A program made the position numbers and the translations under genes. From contig CAVSNY010000007.1 in assembly GCA_963729605.1 (NCBI GenBank), forward strand, positions 992,001 to 1,056,000: 64,000 nucleotides of DNA, read 5' to 3'. The first letter of the stretch is position 1. Every line of letters starts with the position of its first letter. This document shows, piece by piece, positions 30,384 through 41,016 of the stretch. Below the pieces are notes generated by a model, which worked only from the letters and a program-made list of their open reading frames with translations, was not told the origin of the DNA and made no database searches. This stretch comes from an uncultured Gammaproteobacteria bacterium. Lineage in GTDB: Bacteria; Pseudomonadota; Gammaproteobacteria; DRLM01.

Positions 30384-32058
30384 GTGAAACACGGCAAATT
30401 CAAAGCTGGGTCGGTACCGGCACGCCCTGGGTGTGGTTGAGCGCGGGCGGCGGTGAGCATCAGTTTGGTGATGGTGTTCGGCCTGCTGGGGCTGATCGCC
30501 GTCAACGGCCTGGGTCATTTCTGGCCGGACGATATCCTGGAAATCGATTACCGCGAACGACGGCGCCGTGGTGCGCTGATCGGCGAGATCCACGGCAGTG
30601 AAGAGTTGAGCGCGGAGCGCTTGCGCTCTGGCGGGGGCGGATTTGCCTCCCGACGAGGCATGATGGTGACCCGTTAGATCCTCAAGACCGGCAACCGCGA
30701 TATCCTACGGCGCGGATTTCCGCTGCATCGTCGAGCCCGAGGTGGTAGAACGGCGGCACCCCGAGGGCTTGCTCGCCATCGAGCGGCGCGAGTGGGGCAA
30801 TCTCTACGGCTACTGTCACGCGGTGAAGGAAGACGGTGTCGTGGTCGCCGAAGGTGAGGCGGCCTGGCACGAGTTGCAGCGCGCGCTTGAGTCATGTGCA
30901 GGCGCAGGCGGACGAGATCCACCGTATCGAAAAGGGCGAGATCGGCGCGATCAACTATCAGTCTGGAACGCCTGCGCCTCAAAGAGCGCAGCCTGGACCT
31001 CGAGGGCCGGCTCGACGCCGCGGCCCGCGCCGATCTGGAAGGCCGAGCGAGCCGTGCTGCAACAGCGTTATGAAGGCTTGCAACAGCAGTTGGAAGGCCT
31101 CTGCACGCAATTGCGGCGGGACAGCTTCACACCATGGAGGTGGCGGGCGGCGAGCGGCGCGATTTCCCGCTCGACAAGGTGGTGCGGGCCTACCAGCCCC
31201 AACGCCATGTCGGTGTTCGACAAGACGGGTCACTATTTCATGAAATTGTGGGAGTTCGTCAGCGACGAGCCCCGCGAGGCCAATACCGAGGGCGGCATCT
31301 TTCCCGCGATCTTCGGCACGGTGATGATGGTGATCATCATGTCGGTGTTCGTCACGCCCTTCGGCGTGGTGGCGGCGGTGTATTTGCGCGAATATGCGCA
31401 GCAGGGGCCGTTGACCCGCTTGATCCGCATCGCGGTCAACAATCTCGCCGGCGTGCCGGCGATCGTGTACGGCGTATTCGGTCTGGGCTTTTTCGTGTAT
31501 TTCCTCGGTGGCAATATCGATCGACTCTTTTATCCCGAGGCCCTGCCCGCGCCGACCTTCGGTACGCCGGGCATTTTGTGGTCGTCGCTGACGCTGGCGA
31601 TACTCACCTTGCCGGTGGTGATCGTCGCCACTGAAGAGGGTTTGACGCGGGTGCCGCGCGCGGTGCGCGAAGGCTCGCTGGCCCTGGGCGCGACCAAGGC
31701 CGAGACCTTGTGGCGGGTCGTGCTGCCCATGGCCAGCCCCGCGCTGATGACCGGCCTGATCCTCGCGGTGGCGCGCGCCGCCGGCGAGGTGGCGCCGCTG
31801 ATGCTGGTCGGCGTGGTCAAGCTGGCGCCCTCGCTGCCGCTGGACGGCGATGCGCCCTATCTGCACCTCGACCGCAAATTCATGCACCTCGGCTTTCATA
31901 TTTTCGACGTGGGCTTCCAGAGTCCCAACGTGGAGGCGGCGCGCCCCCTGGTGTACGCCACGGCCTTTTTGCTGGTGGTGGTGATCCTGGTGTTGAATTT
32001 GGCGGCGGTGGCGATCCGCAACCGCCTGCGGGAAAAATACCGCGCCCTTGAGAGTTAA
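30384..32058 (+). pseudogene. pstA: Phosphate ABC permease PstA, frameshifted in its 5' half
   Basis: GTPWVWL..GLGHFWP, ERREWGNLYG, PREANTEGGIFPAIFG and ARAAGEVAPL. The 3' half is intact. Confidence 0.85.
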
Positions 32059-32074
32059 GTGACAACAGCGTACG

Positions 32075-32921
32075 GTGAATGACATGAACGACAATGCCCC
32101 GCGTACCCATGCGGTTGACATGAGCGCCCTCGGCCGGGGGCGCGGCCGCTTGCGGATGGCCGATGAGCAGTTGGCGCTGGAGGTGAAGGATTTAAACCTT
32201 TATTACGGCGATAAACAGGCGCTCAACGGTGTGAACATGGTCATCCCCCGCCACCGGGTCACCGCCTTCATCGGTCCCAGCGGCTGCGGCAAATCGACCT
32301 TGCTGCGCTGCTTCAATCGCATGAACGATCTGGTGGAAAACTGCCGGGTTGAAGGCGAAATATTATTGGATGGCAAAAACATCTACGCCAAGGGCGGCAA
32401 CGTGGTGGAGTTGCGGCGACGGGTGGGCATGGTGTTTCAAAAGCCCAATCCGTTTCCCAAGTCGATTTATGAAAACGTCGCCTACGGCCTGCGCTTGCAA
32501 GGCCTGCGCGACCGCCGCCGCATGGATGAGGCGGTGGAACGTTCCCTGCGCGGCGCGGCCTTATGGGATGAAGTGAAAGATCGTCTGCACGACAGCGCCC
32601 TCGGTCTCTCGGGCGGCCAGCAGCAGCGCCTGGTGATCGCCCGCGCCACCGCCGTGGAACCCGATGTGTTGCTGTTGGACGAACCGGCCTCGGCGCTCGA
32701 TCCGATTTCGACGCTGAAACTGGAAGAGTTGATTTACGAACTCAAAGATCGACTATACCATCGTGATCGTCACCCATAATATGCAACAGGCGGCGCGGGT
32801 GTCGGATTACACGGCTTTCATGTATCTGGGCCAGCTGGTCGAATACGCGGATACCGATACCTTGTTCACGAATCCTCAAAAGAAACAGACCGAAGATTAC
32901 ATCACCGGCCGTTATGGTTGA
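32075..32921 (+). pseudogene. pstB: Phosphate ABC ATPase with one frameshift near 32750
   Basis: [16 protein letters not shown] and LSGGQQQR; continues [18 protein letters not shown]...[10 protein letters not shown] in another frame. Confidence 0.92.
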
Positions 32922-32979
32922 ATTGATATTAAGCACCGCGGCGGTTTTTCCAGCCACGCGGCTACGATGAGGAACGACA

Positions 32980-33705
32980 ATGGACAGAATCAACATTGGT
33001 CATCATATTTCCCAGCAGTTCAATACCGAGCTGGAGGAAGTACGCAATAAAGTGTTGGCCATGGGCGGTCTGGTCGAGCAGCAGTTGAGCGACGCGGTGA
33101 GGGCGATCACCCTCGGCGACAGCGAGCTCGGCCATGTGGTGATCACCAACGATTACAAGATCAACGCCCTGGAAGTGACCATCGACGAGGAATGCACGCA
33201 GATTCTGGCGCGGCGTCAGCCCGCGGCCAGCGATCTGAGGTTGATCGTCGCCATCATTAAAACCATTACCGATCTGGAGCGCATCGGTGACGAGGCGGAG
33301 AAAATCGGCCGTCTCACCGTGCATCTCGCGGAGTTGGAGCACGGCAAGGCGGAATACGCGGAAATTAAACACCTCGGCGACCATGTGCGGCAGATGGTGC
33401 ACGATGCGCTCGACGCCTTCGCCCGCACCGATGCCGAGGCGGCGGTGCGGGTGGCCAAGGAAGACATCAATATCGATCGTGAATATGAGGCGCTGATGCG
33501 GCAGCTGATCACCTTCATGATGGAAGATCCCCGTTCGATCCGCCGCGCCTTGGACATGATGTGGGCGGCGCGCGCCCTGGAGCGTATCGGCGATCACGCC
33601 AGCAATATCTGTGAATACGTGGTGTATCTGGTCAAGGGCAAGGATGTGCGCCACACCAGCCTGGAACAGATGGAGCGCGAGGCGCGCGGCAATTCCGGCC
33701 CGTAA
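32980..33705 (+). CDS. phoU: Phosphate signalling protein PhoU
   Basis: [18 protein letters not shown] and [14 protein letters not shown] motifs. Confidence 0.96.
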   Translation: MDRINIGHHISQQFNTELEEVRNKVLAMGGLVEQQLSDAVRAITLGDSELGHVVITNDYKINALEVTIDEECTQILARRQPAASDLRLIVAIIKTITDLERIGDEAEKIGRLTVHLAELEHGKAEYAEIKHLGDHVRQMVHDALDAFARTDAEAAVRVAKEDINIDREYEALMRQLITFMMEDPRSIRRALDMMWAARALERIGDHASNICEYVVYLVKGKDVRHTSLEQMEREARGNSGP

Positions 33706-33726
33706 TTCCGCGGCGGATTCGCGAAT

Positions 33727-33760
33727 AAAAAAGGGGAAGGCTCAAGCCTTCCCCTTTTTT
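33727..33760. terminator. Bidirectional terminator between phoU and sodB
   Basis: AAAAAAGGGGAAGGC-TCAA-GCCTTCCCCTTTTTT. Confidence 0.88.
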
Positions 33761-33788
33761 GTTTTTACTGACTCGGCGGTCGCGTTAA

Positions 33789-34367
33789 TCAGCCCGCGTA
33801 ATTCTTCGCCACGAAATCCCAGTTCACGATTTTCCAAAACGTCTCCACGTATTTGGCGCGGGCGTTGCGGTAGTCGATGTAATAGGCGTGTTCCCACACG
33901 TCGCAGGTCAACAGCGGTTTTTTGCCGTCGGTGAGCGGGCAGCCGGCGTTGCCGGTGCTGACGATCTCCAACTCGCCCTTGGCGTTTTTCACCAGCCAGG
34001 CCCAGCCCGAGCCGAAGGTGGTGATGGCGGTCTGGGTGAACTTTTGTTTGAATTCATCGATGGAACCGAAGGACTTCTTCAAGGCCTCGGCCAGGGCGCC
34101 GGTGGGTTCGCCGCCCTTGGGCGACAACGAGTTCCAATAAAAGGTGTGGTTCCAGATTTGCGCGGCGTTATTGAAAATGCCGCCAGAGGATTTTTTGACG
34201 ATGTCTTCCAAACTCATGTTCTCGAATTCGGTGCCGGGAATGAGTTTGTTGAGATTATCGACGTAGGTCTTGTGGTGTTTGCCATAATGATAGTCGAGCG
34301 TCTCCTTGGAAATGTGGGGCTCGAGGGCGGTCATGGCGTAGGGCAATTCGGGCAGTTTGTGTTCCAT
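33789..34367 (-). CDS. sodB: Fe superoxide dismutase
   Basis: [16 protein letters not shown] (Fe-type AAQ), FGSGWAWL and DVWEHAYY motifs. Confidence 0.96.
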   Translation of the reverse strand: MEHKLPELPYAMTALEPHISKETLDYHYGKHHKTYVDNLNKLIPGTEFENMSLEDIVKKSSGGIFNNAAQIWNHTFYWNSLSPKGGEPTGALAEALKKSFGSIDEFKQKFTQTAITTFGSGWAWLVKNAKGELEIVSTGNAGCPLTDGKKPLLTCDVWEHAYYIDYRNARAKYVETFWKIVNWDFVAKNYAG

Positions 34368-34577
34368 TAAAATTCTCCTATCACAAGTTCAGGGGTGGCC
34401 GGTGGTTTCGGTAATGGCGGTGGTGCGGCGCCGCGACGGCGCGGTGTGATGCCTGATATTACGCAATGAAATGGCGTTGGAATAACCGAGTATGAAGCTT
34501 GAAAATAAGTCTAAAGCAGGCGGCGGCTTGGCGCAAGGTTGGCGCCGGGCCGCCGGCCTCTTTGATAGGATGCGAAG

Positions 34578-36119
34578 ATGAATTCCATCGAACTCAGTTT
34601 GTTTTCCAGCCGCATCGCGGCGGTGTGCGACGAGATGGGCGCCGTGCTGCGGCACGCGGCCTTGTCGCCGAATATCAAAGACCGTTTGGATTATTCCTGC
34701 GCGGTGTTCGATGCCGACGGCCTGCTCTGCGCGCAGGCCGCGCACATCCCCGTGCATCTCGGCAGCATGGCCTACGCGATGCGCGACATCGTCGGCGGTG
34801 TGCGTTGGCGAGCGGGGGACATGGTGATCGTGAACGACCCCTATTTGGGCGGCACCCATCTGCCCGATGTGACGCTGGTGGCGCCGCTGTTCGTGGCGGA
34901 CGAGTTGGCGGGCTTCGTCGCCAATCGTGCCCATCACGCCGACATCGGCGCGGCCGCGCCGGGGTCGATGCCGCTCTCGCGGTTTTTGCACGAAGAGGGG
35001 TTGGTGATTCCGCCGACGCATTTGCTGCGTGAAGGTCGTTTGGATCAGTCATGGTTGGACGACCTGCTGACGCATATCGCCAATCCGATTCAAGGTCGGG
35101 GCGACTTCGCGGCGCAGATCAGCGCCAACCGCCGCGGCGTGCTCCGTTTGGAGCAATGGCTCGCAGCGCTGGGTTTGGCCCGCTACCGCGACGGCCTGCG
35201 CGCGCTCAACGACTACGCCGAGCGCCTGGCGCGGGGCGCGCTGCGGGACATTCCCGATGGGACCTATCGTTACACGGACTGGATGGACGACGACGGATTG
35301 GGTCATGCCGATATCGCGATCGCGGTCGAACTGCGGGTGAACGACGGCCGGATCGAGGTGGACTTCGCCGGCACGGCGCCCCAGGTCGAGGGCAATATCA
35401 ATTGCCCGCTGTCGGTGGCCGCGGCGGCGGTGTATTACGTGTTCCGCTGTCTGCTGCCCGCGCAGACCCCGGCCTGCGCCGGGAGTTTTCGGCCCGTGGC
35501 ATTGACCGCGCCGGCGGGCTGCCTGCTCAACGCCCGTCGCCCCGCCGCGGTGGCGGCGGGCAATGTGGAGACCAGCACCCGCATCGTGGACGTCTTGCTG
35601 GGCGCCCTGGCCCAGGCCATCCCCGCCCGCATCCCCGCCGCCAGCCACGGCAGTATGAATAACGTGGCGATGGGCGCGCGGGGCGGCGCGCGCAGTTGGG
35701 ATTATTACGAAACCGTGGGCGGCGGCATGGGCGCCGGACCGGCGGGCGGCGGCTTGAGCGCGGTGCAGACCCATATGACCAATACCCGCAACACCCCGAT
35801 CGAGAGTCTGGAGATGCACTATCCCTTGCGGGTGCGCCGTTACGAGATCCGCCGCGGTTCCGGCGAGCCGGGACGCGTCCCCGGCGGCGACGGTTTGGTG
35901 CGCGAATATGAATTTCTCGAAAATACCGAGGTCACACTCCTCACCGAACGGCGCACCCGCGCGCCTTGGGGTCTGCAAGGCGGAATGGCGGGCGCTTGTG
36001 GGCGGAATAGGCATCAAGGAATTGATCTACCGGGAAAAGTGAGTTTGATGGCCGCCGCCGCCGACCGCCTCGAAATTGCCACTCCGGGCGGCGGTGGTTG
36101 GGGCCGCAGCGAGTCATAA
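34578..36119 (+). CDS. Hydantoinase B / 5-oxoprolinase family subunit
   Basis: SPNIKDRLDYSCA, HIPVHLGSM, NDPYLGGTHLPD and TPGGGGWG motifs. Confidence 0.92.
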   Translation: MNSIELSLFSSRIAAVCDEMGAVLRHAALSPNIKDRLDYSCAVFDADGLLCAQAAHIPVHLGSMAYAMRDIVGGVRWRAGDMVIVNDPYLGGTHLPDVTLVAPLFVADELAGFVANRAHHADIGAAAPGSMPLSRFLHEEGLVIPPTHLLREGRLDQSWLDDLLTHIANPIQGRGDFAAQISANRRGVLRLEQWLAALGLARYRDGLRALNDYAERLARGALRDIPDGTYRYTDWMDDDGLGHADIAIAVELRVNDGRIEVDFAGTAPQVEGNINCPLSVAAAAVYYVFRCLLPAQTPACAGSFRPVALTAPAGCLLNARRPAAVAAGNVETSTRIVDVLLGALAQAIPARIPAASHGSMNNVAMGARGGARSWDYYETVGGGMGAGPAGGGLSAVQTHMTNTRNTPIESLEMHYPLRVRRYEIRRGSGEPGRVPGGDGLVREYEFLENTEVTLLTERRTRAPWGLQGGMAGACGRNRHQGIDLPGKVSLMAAAADRLEIATPGGGGWGRSES

Positions 36120-36239
36120 GCCCCTTTTCGGATAATTCCCTACTGATTTACTCTTAAAATTAAAGTCCGAGGCGTTTACACTGCGTGACAATACCCGGGA
36201 CGAATCCCACCCTAATTATTACTTTGAGGTAGCTGACCA

Positions 36240-36566
36240 ATGGACGCGATGGAATTTATCAAACAGCAAGTCGAGGGCAACCCGGTGGTGATCTTCATGA
36301 AAGGGACTCCCGATTTCCCCCAGTGCGGATTCTCCAGCCGGGCCTCGCAGGCCCTGGCCGCCTGCGGCGAGTTCGCTTATGTGAATATCTTCGAGAACCC
36401 GGAGGTGCATCGCAACCTGCCGCGCTTTTCCAATTGGCCGACCTTTCCCCAGGTGTTCGTGGGCGGGCAACTGGTGGGCGGCTGCGACATCACCCTCGAA
36501 TTGTTCGAGCGGGGCGAGTTGCAGACCCTGGTCAAAGAGGCCGTGGCCAAGACCAAGGGCGCGTAA
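36240..36566 (+). CDS. grxD: Monothiol glutaredoxin Grx4
   Basis: FMKG, CGFS, WPTFPQ and GGCD motifs. Confidence 0.95.
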   Translation: MDAMEFIKQQVEGNPVVIFMKGTPDFPQCGFSSRASQALAACGEFAYVNIFENPEVHRNLPRFSNWPTFPQVFVGGQLVGGCDITLELFERGELQTLVKEAVAKTKGA

Positions 36567-36592
36567 TTCAGACTTCGATTATCGTTGATTTC

Positions 36593-36621
36593 AAAACGGG
36601 GGCCACGCCCCCGTTTTTTTT
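36593..36621 (+). terminator. Intrinsic terminator after grxD
   Basis: AAAACGGGGGC-CAC-GCCCCCGTTTTTTTT. Confidence 0.85.
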
Positions 36622-36955
36622 GCCGTCGCGCCAGACCGGCCGCCGTCTTCTTTAATTGCGATTCGGTAAACCCGGCCGCCGCGGTCATGCATTCCATGCC
36701 AGCGCACGGCGTGTGCCGTCTTTTACAGGGGCGGGTTGTCGCGGCGCGGCATATTCACTGTGCGGAAGGTGATGCTGTGCGAGCCGCGCCCGCGCTGCCG
36801 GCCGGTCGTCGCGTAGTGCAATTTATTGCAGCCGGTGCGGCTGAGGACGCTGGTCGGCTCTTATGGACCATTTGCGTGTCGTCCACGATGAGGACGCCGA
36901 GGTCGCGTTTGGCTATAAACGTTTTTTACGCTTGCCGGAAAATCCGCGCGGCGAT

Positions 36956-37879
36956 TTACATCATCAAGCTATTGCCGCCCGCCTCTTGCGCCTCGCGCAT
37001 TTTGCCGCTGGCCACCGCCAGCATGTCGAAGGCCGTATGTTCGGCGCGGCCGTCGTCGCAGGCGACGCCCACCGATATGCTGATGTCGATTTCGTTGAGC
37101 GCGGTCGAGAACGGCGGGTAATTGATGCAACGCAACAGGCGTTCGAAGATCCACGGCCGGATGTGATCGCTGTCGGGATAACGCAAGGCGACGCCGAATT
37201 CGTTGTCGCCGGTGCGCGCTAGAAAATCCACGGGCCGCAACGCGCCGCGCAAGCGTTTGGCCACCGTGCGCAACAATTCGTTTTTGAAGGACTGGCCGTG
37301 CCGCTCGCCGAGCCGGGCGAGTTGATCGATGCTGAGCAGGGCGCAACATGCCAAGCCGCCGCGCGCGCGCGTCTCCAGCAGCAGGCTTTCCAAATGACCG
37401 ATCAAGTAACGCCAATTGCCGAGGCCGGTGAGTGAATCCTGCAAGCTGCTTTCGTTTTCGGCGGAGGCTGTTTTGCGTTGATACAGCCGGGTCTCCAGCG
37501 CCGAGATGCGCCCCGCGGTTTTCAACCGTAAGGGTAATTCTCCGCCATCGAAGGGAACCAGCAGATAATCGTCTACGCCGGGGACGAGGACCGGCGGCAT
37601 GGCGCGCAACTGTTCCGCCGTCACGCATTGCACGACGGCGGTGTAGCGGCCGTACCGCTCGTCTTGATGGCGCAGATGGGTGATGGCGGAGGGGTCGAAG
37701 CCACTGGCTTGCGGATGGCCGAGAATCACCACATCCGCCGTTTGTTCGGCGCACAAGGCCGGGACGCCATTCAAATCGGGCGTGCGCCGCAGGTCTTGAA
37801 TGCCGGCATTTTCCAGCGCCGCTTCGCCGTGGGGATCGAGGTCCCCGACTATCACGATCGAGATCTGATTCTCAGTCAT
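36956..37879 (-). CDS. Pseudo-receiver plus degenerate GGDEF protein
   Basis: GVDDYLLVPF, DSLTGLGN and LRPVDFLARTGDNEF motifs. Confidence 0.85.
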   Translation of the reverse strand: MTENQISIVIVGDLDPHGEAALENAGIQDLRRTPDLNGVPALCAEQTADVVILGHPQASGFDPSAITHLRHQDERYGRYTAVVQCVTAEQLRAMPPVLVPGVDDYLLVPFDGGELPLRLKTAGRISALETRLYQRKTASAENESSLQDSLTGLGNWRYLIGHLESLLLETRARGGLACCALLSIDQLARLGERHGQSFKNELLRTVAKRLRGALRPVDFLARTGDNEFGVALRYPDSDHIRPWIFERLLRCINYPPFSTALNEIDISISVGVACDDGRAEHTAFDMLAVASGKMREAQEAGGNSLMM

Positions 37880-37920
37880 AGCAAGACCTACGCGAAATCC
37901 TTGTCTGATTGAACGCTTGT

Positions 37921-38574
37921 TTATGTATCGGCCGTCGCCTCGGCGCCATGAGTGCGTTGTCGGGTTTCGGAGAGACCGGTCCATAAATTCACGATTTGGC
38001 AAAACAGGTCGGCGGTGCGCTCCGCGTCGTAGATGGCGGAATGGGCTTCGCGGTGATCCCAGTCGATGCCGGCCGCCTGCGCGGCGCGGGCGAGTACGGT
38101 CTGGCCGAAGGCCAGCCCGCCCAAGGTCGCGGTGTCGAAGGTGCTGAAGGGATGAAAAGGATTGCGCTTGATGCCGCTGCGTGCGGCGGCGGCGTTGACG
38201 AAGGCCAAATCGAACGAGGGATTGTGTCCGAGCAGGATGGCGCGGGTGCAGAGATTGTCGCGGATCGCTTTGCGTATCGGCTGAAAGACCCGTTGCAAGG
38301 CGTCGTGTTCGTTCAAGGCCTCACGAAACGGGTGATAAGGGTCGATACCTGTAAAGGCAAGCGCCGCCGGTTCGAGCCGCGCACCGGGAAAGGGCGCGAC
38401 GTGGCAGGCGAAGGTCTGGTGCCGATGCAAACGGCCCGCTTCGTCCATGCGCAGGGTGACGGCGGCGATTTCCAAAAGGGCGTCGGTTTGTGGATTGAAT
38501 CCACCGGTTTCGACGTCGACCGCGACGGGCAGGAAGCCACGAAAGCGGTTGGTTAATGAGGGCGGTTGCGACAT
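37921..38574 (-). CDS. rnt: Ribonuclease T
   Basis: [25 protein letters not shown] and AHSAIYD motifs. Confidence 0.96.
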   Translation of the reverse strand: MSQPPSLTNRFRGFLPVAVDVETGGFNPQTDALLEIAAVTLRMDEAGRLHRHQTFACHVAPFPGARLEPAALAFTGIDPYHPFREALNEHDALQRVFQPIRKAIRDNLCTRAILLGHNPSFDLAFVNAAAARSGIKRNPFHPFSTFDTATLGGLAFGQTVLARAAQAAGIDWDHREAHSAIYDAERTADLFCQIVNLWTGLSETRQRTHGAEATADT

Positions 38575-38651
38575 GCCGACAGCATACGGGATTCGGCGTG
38601 TATTGGCGATGGGGCCGCCCGCTTGGCGACTGAGACGCGAGGATAAATTTT

Positions 38652-39599
38652 ATGATAAAGCAAAGAATCAAAGGCCGAACCGGCCGTGGTTTTCAAATGT
38701 GGTTGGCGGCGTTGCTGACCCTGCTGATGGGCGGTTCGGCATGGGCCGCGGTGGGCGGCCTCACGCACCATGACGCGGGCTTGCTCAAGACCGCCGTGGT
38801 CACGGATAAGACTTTATTATGGCGGGTGGAACGCAGTGGTCTGCGGCCGAGTTATGTATTCGGCACCATTCATTCCGAAGACCCGCGGGTGGCCGAGTTG
38901 CCGCCCGCGGTGATCCAGGCCTTCCGCCTTTCCGATGCCTTCGCCATGGAAATGATCCCCGATCAGGCCGCCTTGGCGGGCATGAGCGCCGCGATGTTCA
39001 TCAGTGAAGGCCCCAATCTGCACGACATGCTGGGCGATGAATGGTTTCAACGCACCGCCGCCCTGGTGTCGCTGTACGGGGTGCCGCCCACAATACTGTC
39101 TTCGCTCAAGCCGTGGGTGGTGTTCACGGCCTTGACCATGCCCAAGGCGGAAGAGGGTATGTTTTTGGACGTCATCCTCTACGGCGCCGCCTTGCACGAC
39201 GGCAAATACATTCACGGCCTGGAAACCGCCGATGAACAGGTGAGCACCTTCGAGAGCATCGACATGGATGACCAGGTGGCCATCCTCAAGGATGTGGTGG
39301 TCAATCACGAGGCGATCGGCCATCTCAATCAAGAGTTGGTGAACAGCTACACCCGCGGTGACCTCGGCGCCATCGCCTCCTTGCAATCGCAATACATTTC
39401 CAACGGCGATCAACGTCTGGAAAAAATGTATCAGCAACGAACCATCGATGACCGCAATCTGCGCATGGTGGATCGCATGGTGCCGCGCATCGAGGAAGAA
39501 AATATCTTCATCGCCATCGACGCCTGGCACCTGCCCGGCGTCAACGGCGTGCTGCATCTGTTGGAACAGCGCGGCTACCGGGTGTCGCCGGTGCAATGA
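38652..39599 (+). CDS. TraB/GumN (Tiki-like) exported protein
   Basis: LLWRV..SYVFGTIH, GLETADEQ, RNLRM and HLPG..GVL motifs. Confidence 0.88.
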   Translation: MIKQRIKGRTGRGFQMWLAALLTLLMGGSAWAAVGGLTHHDAGLLKTAVVTDKTLLWRVERSGLRPSYVFGTIHSEDPRVAELPPAVIQAFRLSDAFAMEMIPDQAALAGMSAAMFISEGPNLHDMLGDEWFQRTAALVSLYGVPPTILSSLKPWVVFTALTMPKAEEGMFLDVILYGAALHDGKYIHGLETADEQVSTFESIDMDDQVAILKDVVVNHEAIGHLNQELVNSYTRGDLGAIASLQSQYISNGDQRLEKMYQQRTIDDRNLRMVDRMVPRIEEENIFIAIDAWHLPGVNGVLHLLEQRGYRVSPVQ

Positions 39600-39927
39600 T
39601 GTACAGCGGGGCTTAGAAAACCCGCCCGGTCTTGCAGAACGCCGAACAAACTTTCGACTGAAAAATAACAATCCGGCCTAATGAACCTCCTCTCCCCGGC
39701 GAGAGAGGAGGTTGCGCAATCCGCATTGATAATGCTTACTCGCCCTAAATTCACGTACGACCATGGAATGGTGTGACCCGTCTTTTTCATTAGGCCTCAT
39801 AAAAACAAGAAACCACTTATAGGTCATTGATCCATATTGACCATGCCGGAGTTATCCGCCAGACTGGCGCAAAGAAAGACGCCAATTAGGGTGTCTAATA
39901 CACGCTATGTTTAAAAACCAATAAGCC

Positions 39928-40356
39928 ATGTGTGACGTTATTGAATCAGTAGAGTTTTGGAAGTTTGCGGCACCTCTGTTTGGTGCCGTTGTCGCTTGGT
40001 TTGTTAATGAATGGCGGAAACGTGTCTGGGAACAATATCAAAGGAAGGAGGAAAGCTACAGAGAGTTATTGCGATGCCTGAAGGGCTTTTATGTCGGGGC
40101 GAGTAATGCAAATGAACTCAAAGCAGAATTTCTCAACCAGCTTAATCGGTGTTGGTTGTATTGTCCGGATGATGTTATTTTGAAAGGGTATGCGTTTTTG
40201 AATACTGTGCATGCGTCTAACCCGTCAACACATGAAGTAAAAGAAAAGGCAATGGGTGATTTTGTCGCTTCGATTAGAGATGATCTCTTGTCAAGGAAAT
40301 TGGTAAAGAGCACAAAATTAAGTGGAAATGATTTCAAACATCTAAATGCAAATTGA
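39928..40356 (+). CDS. Cassette 1: hypothetical protein with an N-terminal TM helix
   Basis: AT-rich 142-aa ORF ending just before attC1. Confidence 0.75.
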   Translation: MCDVIESVEFWKFAAPLFGAVVAWFVNEWRKRVWEQYQRKEESYRELLRCLKGFYVGASNANELKAEFLNQLNRCWLYCPDDVILKGYAFLNTVHASNPSTHEVKEKAMGDFVASIRDDLLSRKLVKSTKLSGNDFKHLNAN

Positions 40357-40362
40357 ACAAAA

Positions 40363-40425
40363 ACATAACATGGCGTTCGAGAGGGGCGTGCCAAAAGCGG
40401 CGCGTCCCTCAACTTTACGTTGGGC
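40363..40425 (+). mobile_element. attC site 1
   Basis: R'' ACATAAC, internal palindrome GAGGGGCGTGCC/GGCGCGTCCCTC, R' GTTGGGC. Confidence 0.88.
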
Positions 40426-40477
40426 CGCATGTTCAGCAGATCACGATTGAAGTATAAAATCCTCGAAGGTGAAAACA

Positions 40478-40891
40478 ATGAAAGCAAGACCCAAAATAGT
40501 AATCTCAAGCGTAGATATTGATCGGCTAGAGAAGCTCATCGACACACTGCCAAGAAATGCCTTCGTGGGTAGGGCGGAACTAGAGTCTGAGTTGGCTAGG
40601 GCAAATGTTGTCGATCCAAGGGAAATTCCACCAACAGTCGTCACAATGAACTCAACAATACGGTTTATTGTTGAATCGTCGAGCGACGAATTCGAATTGA
40701 CACTTGTCTATCCGAAGGACGTGGATTCGAGTGGAAAGACAATCTCGATTTTGGCGCCAGTCGGCAGCGCGTTGCTTGGGCTCTCTCAAGGAGACGAAAT
40801 TGAGTGGCCGAGCCCCAGCGGTGGCGTTCTGCGTGTTCAGATTAAAGAGATCATCTATCAGCCCGAAAGGTCTGGCGAGTTTCATCGCTAG
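40478..40891 (+). CDS. rnk: Cassette 2: nucleoside diphosphate kinase regulator (Gre-like)
   Basis: DIDRLEKL, VVTMNS, LTLVYP, ISILAPVGSALLGL and YQPE motifs. Confidence 0.9.
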   Translation: MKARPKIVISSVDIDRLEKLIDTLPRNAFVGRAELESELARANVVDPREIPPTVVTMNSTIRFIVESSSDEFELTLVYPKDVDSSGKTISILAPVGSALLGLSQGDEIEWPSPSGGVLRVQIKEIIYQPERSGEFHR

Positions 40892-40948
40892 AAGAAAATG
40901 TGCGATCGGGCTCTGCGGCGCTGCCGAATTCAGTCATGAGGCGCTGCG

Positions 40949-41012
40949 GCCCAACAATTCGCTGCAGGCGCGACGGCCCTGACGGGCCGCGGCCTGAGCT
41001 CAAACGTTAGAA
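40949..41012 (+). mobile_element. attC site 2
   Basis: R'' GCCCAAC (TGCGGCCCAAC is complementary to the cassette start GTTGGGCCGCA), palindrome CAGGC..CGGCCC/GGGCCG..GCCTG, R' GTTAGAA. Confidence 0.88.
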
Positions 41013-41016
41013 GCCT

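Noticed and set aside
36625-36955. 330-bp intergenic gap containing the palindrome TGCAATTTATTGCA
   Set aside because: No tRNA cloverleaf, credible ORF or promoter-terminator pair was found; it lies between convergent gene ends.
39575-39850. Possible integron integrase upstream of the array
   Set aside because: Only about 250 bp is available, and the 71-aa ORF has no tyrosine-recombinase motifs.
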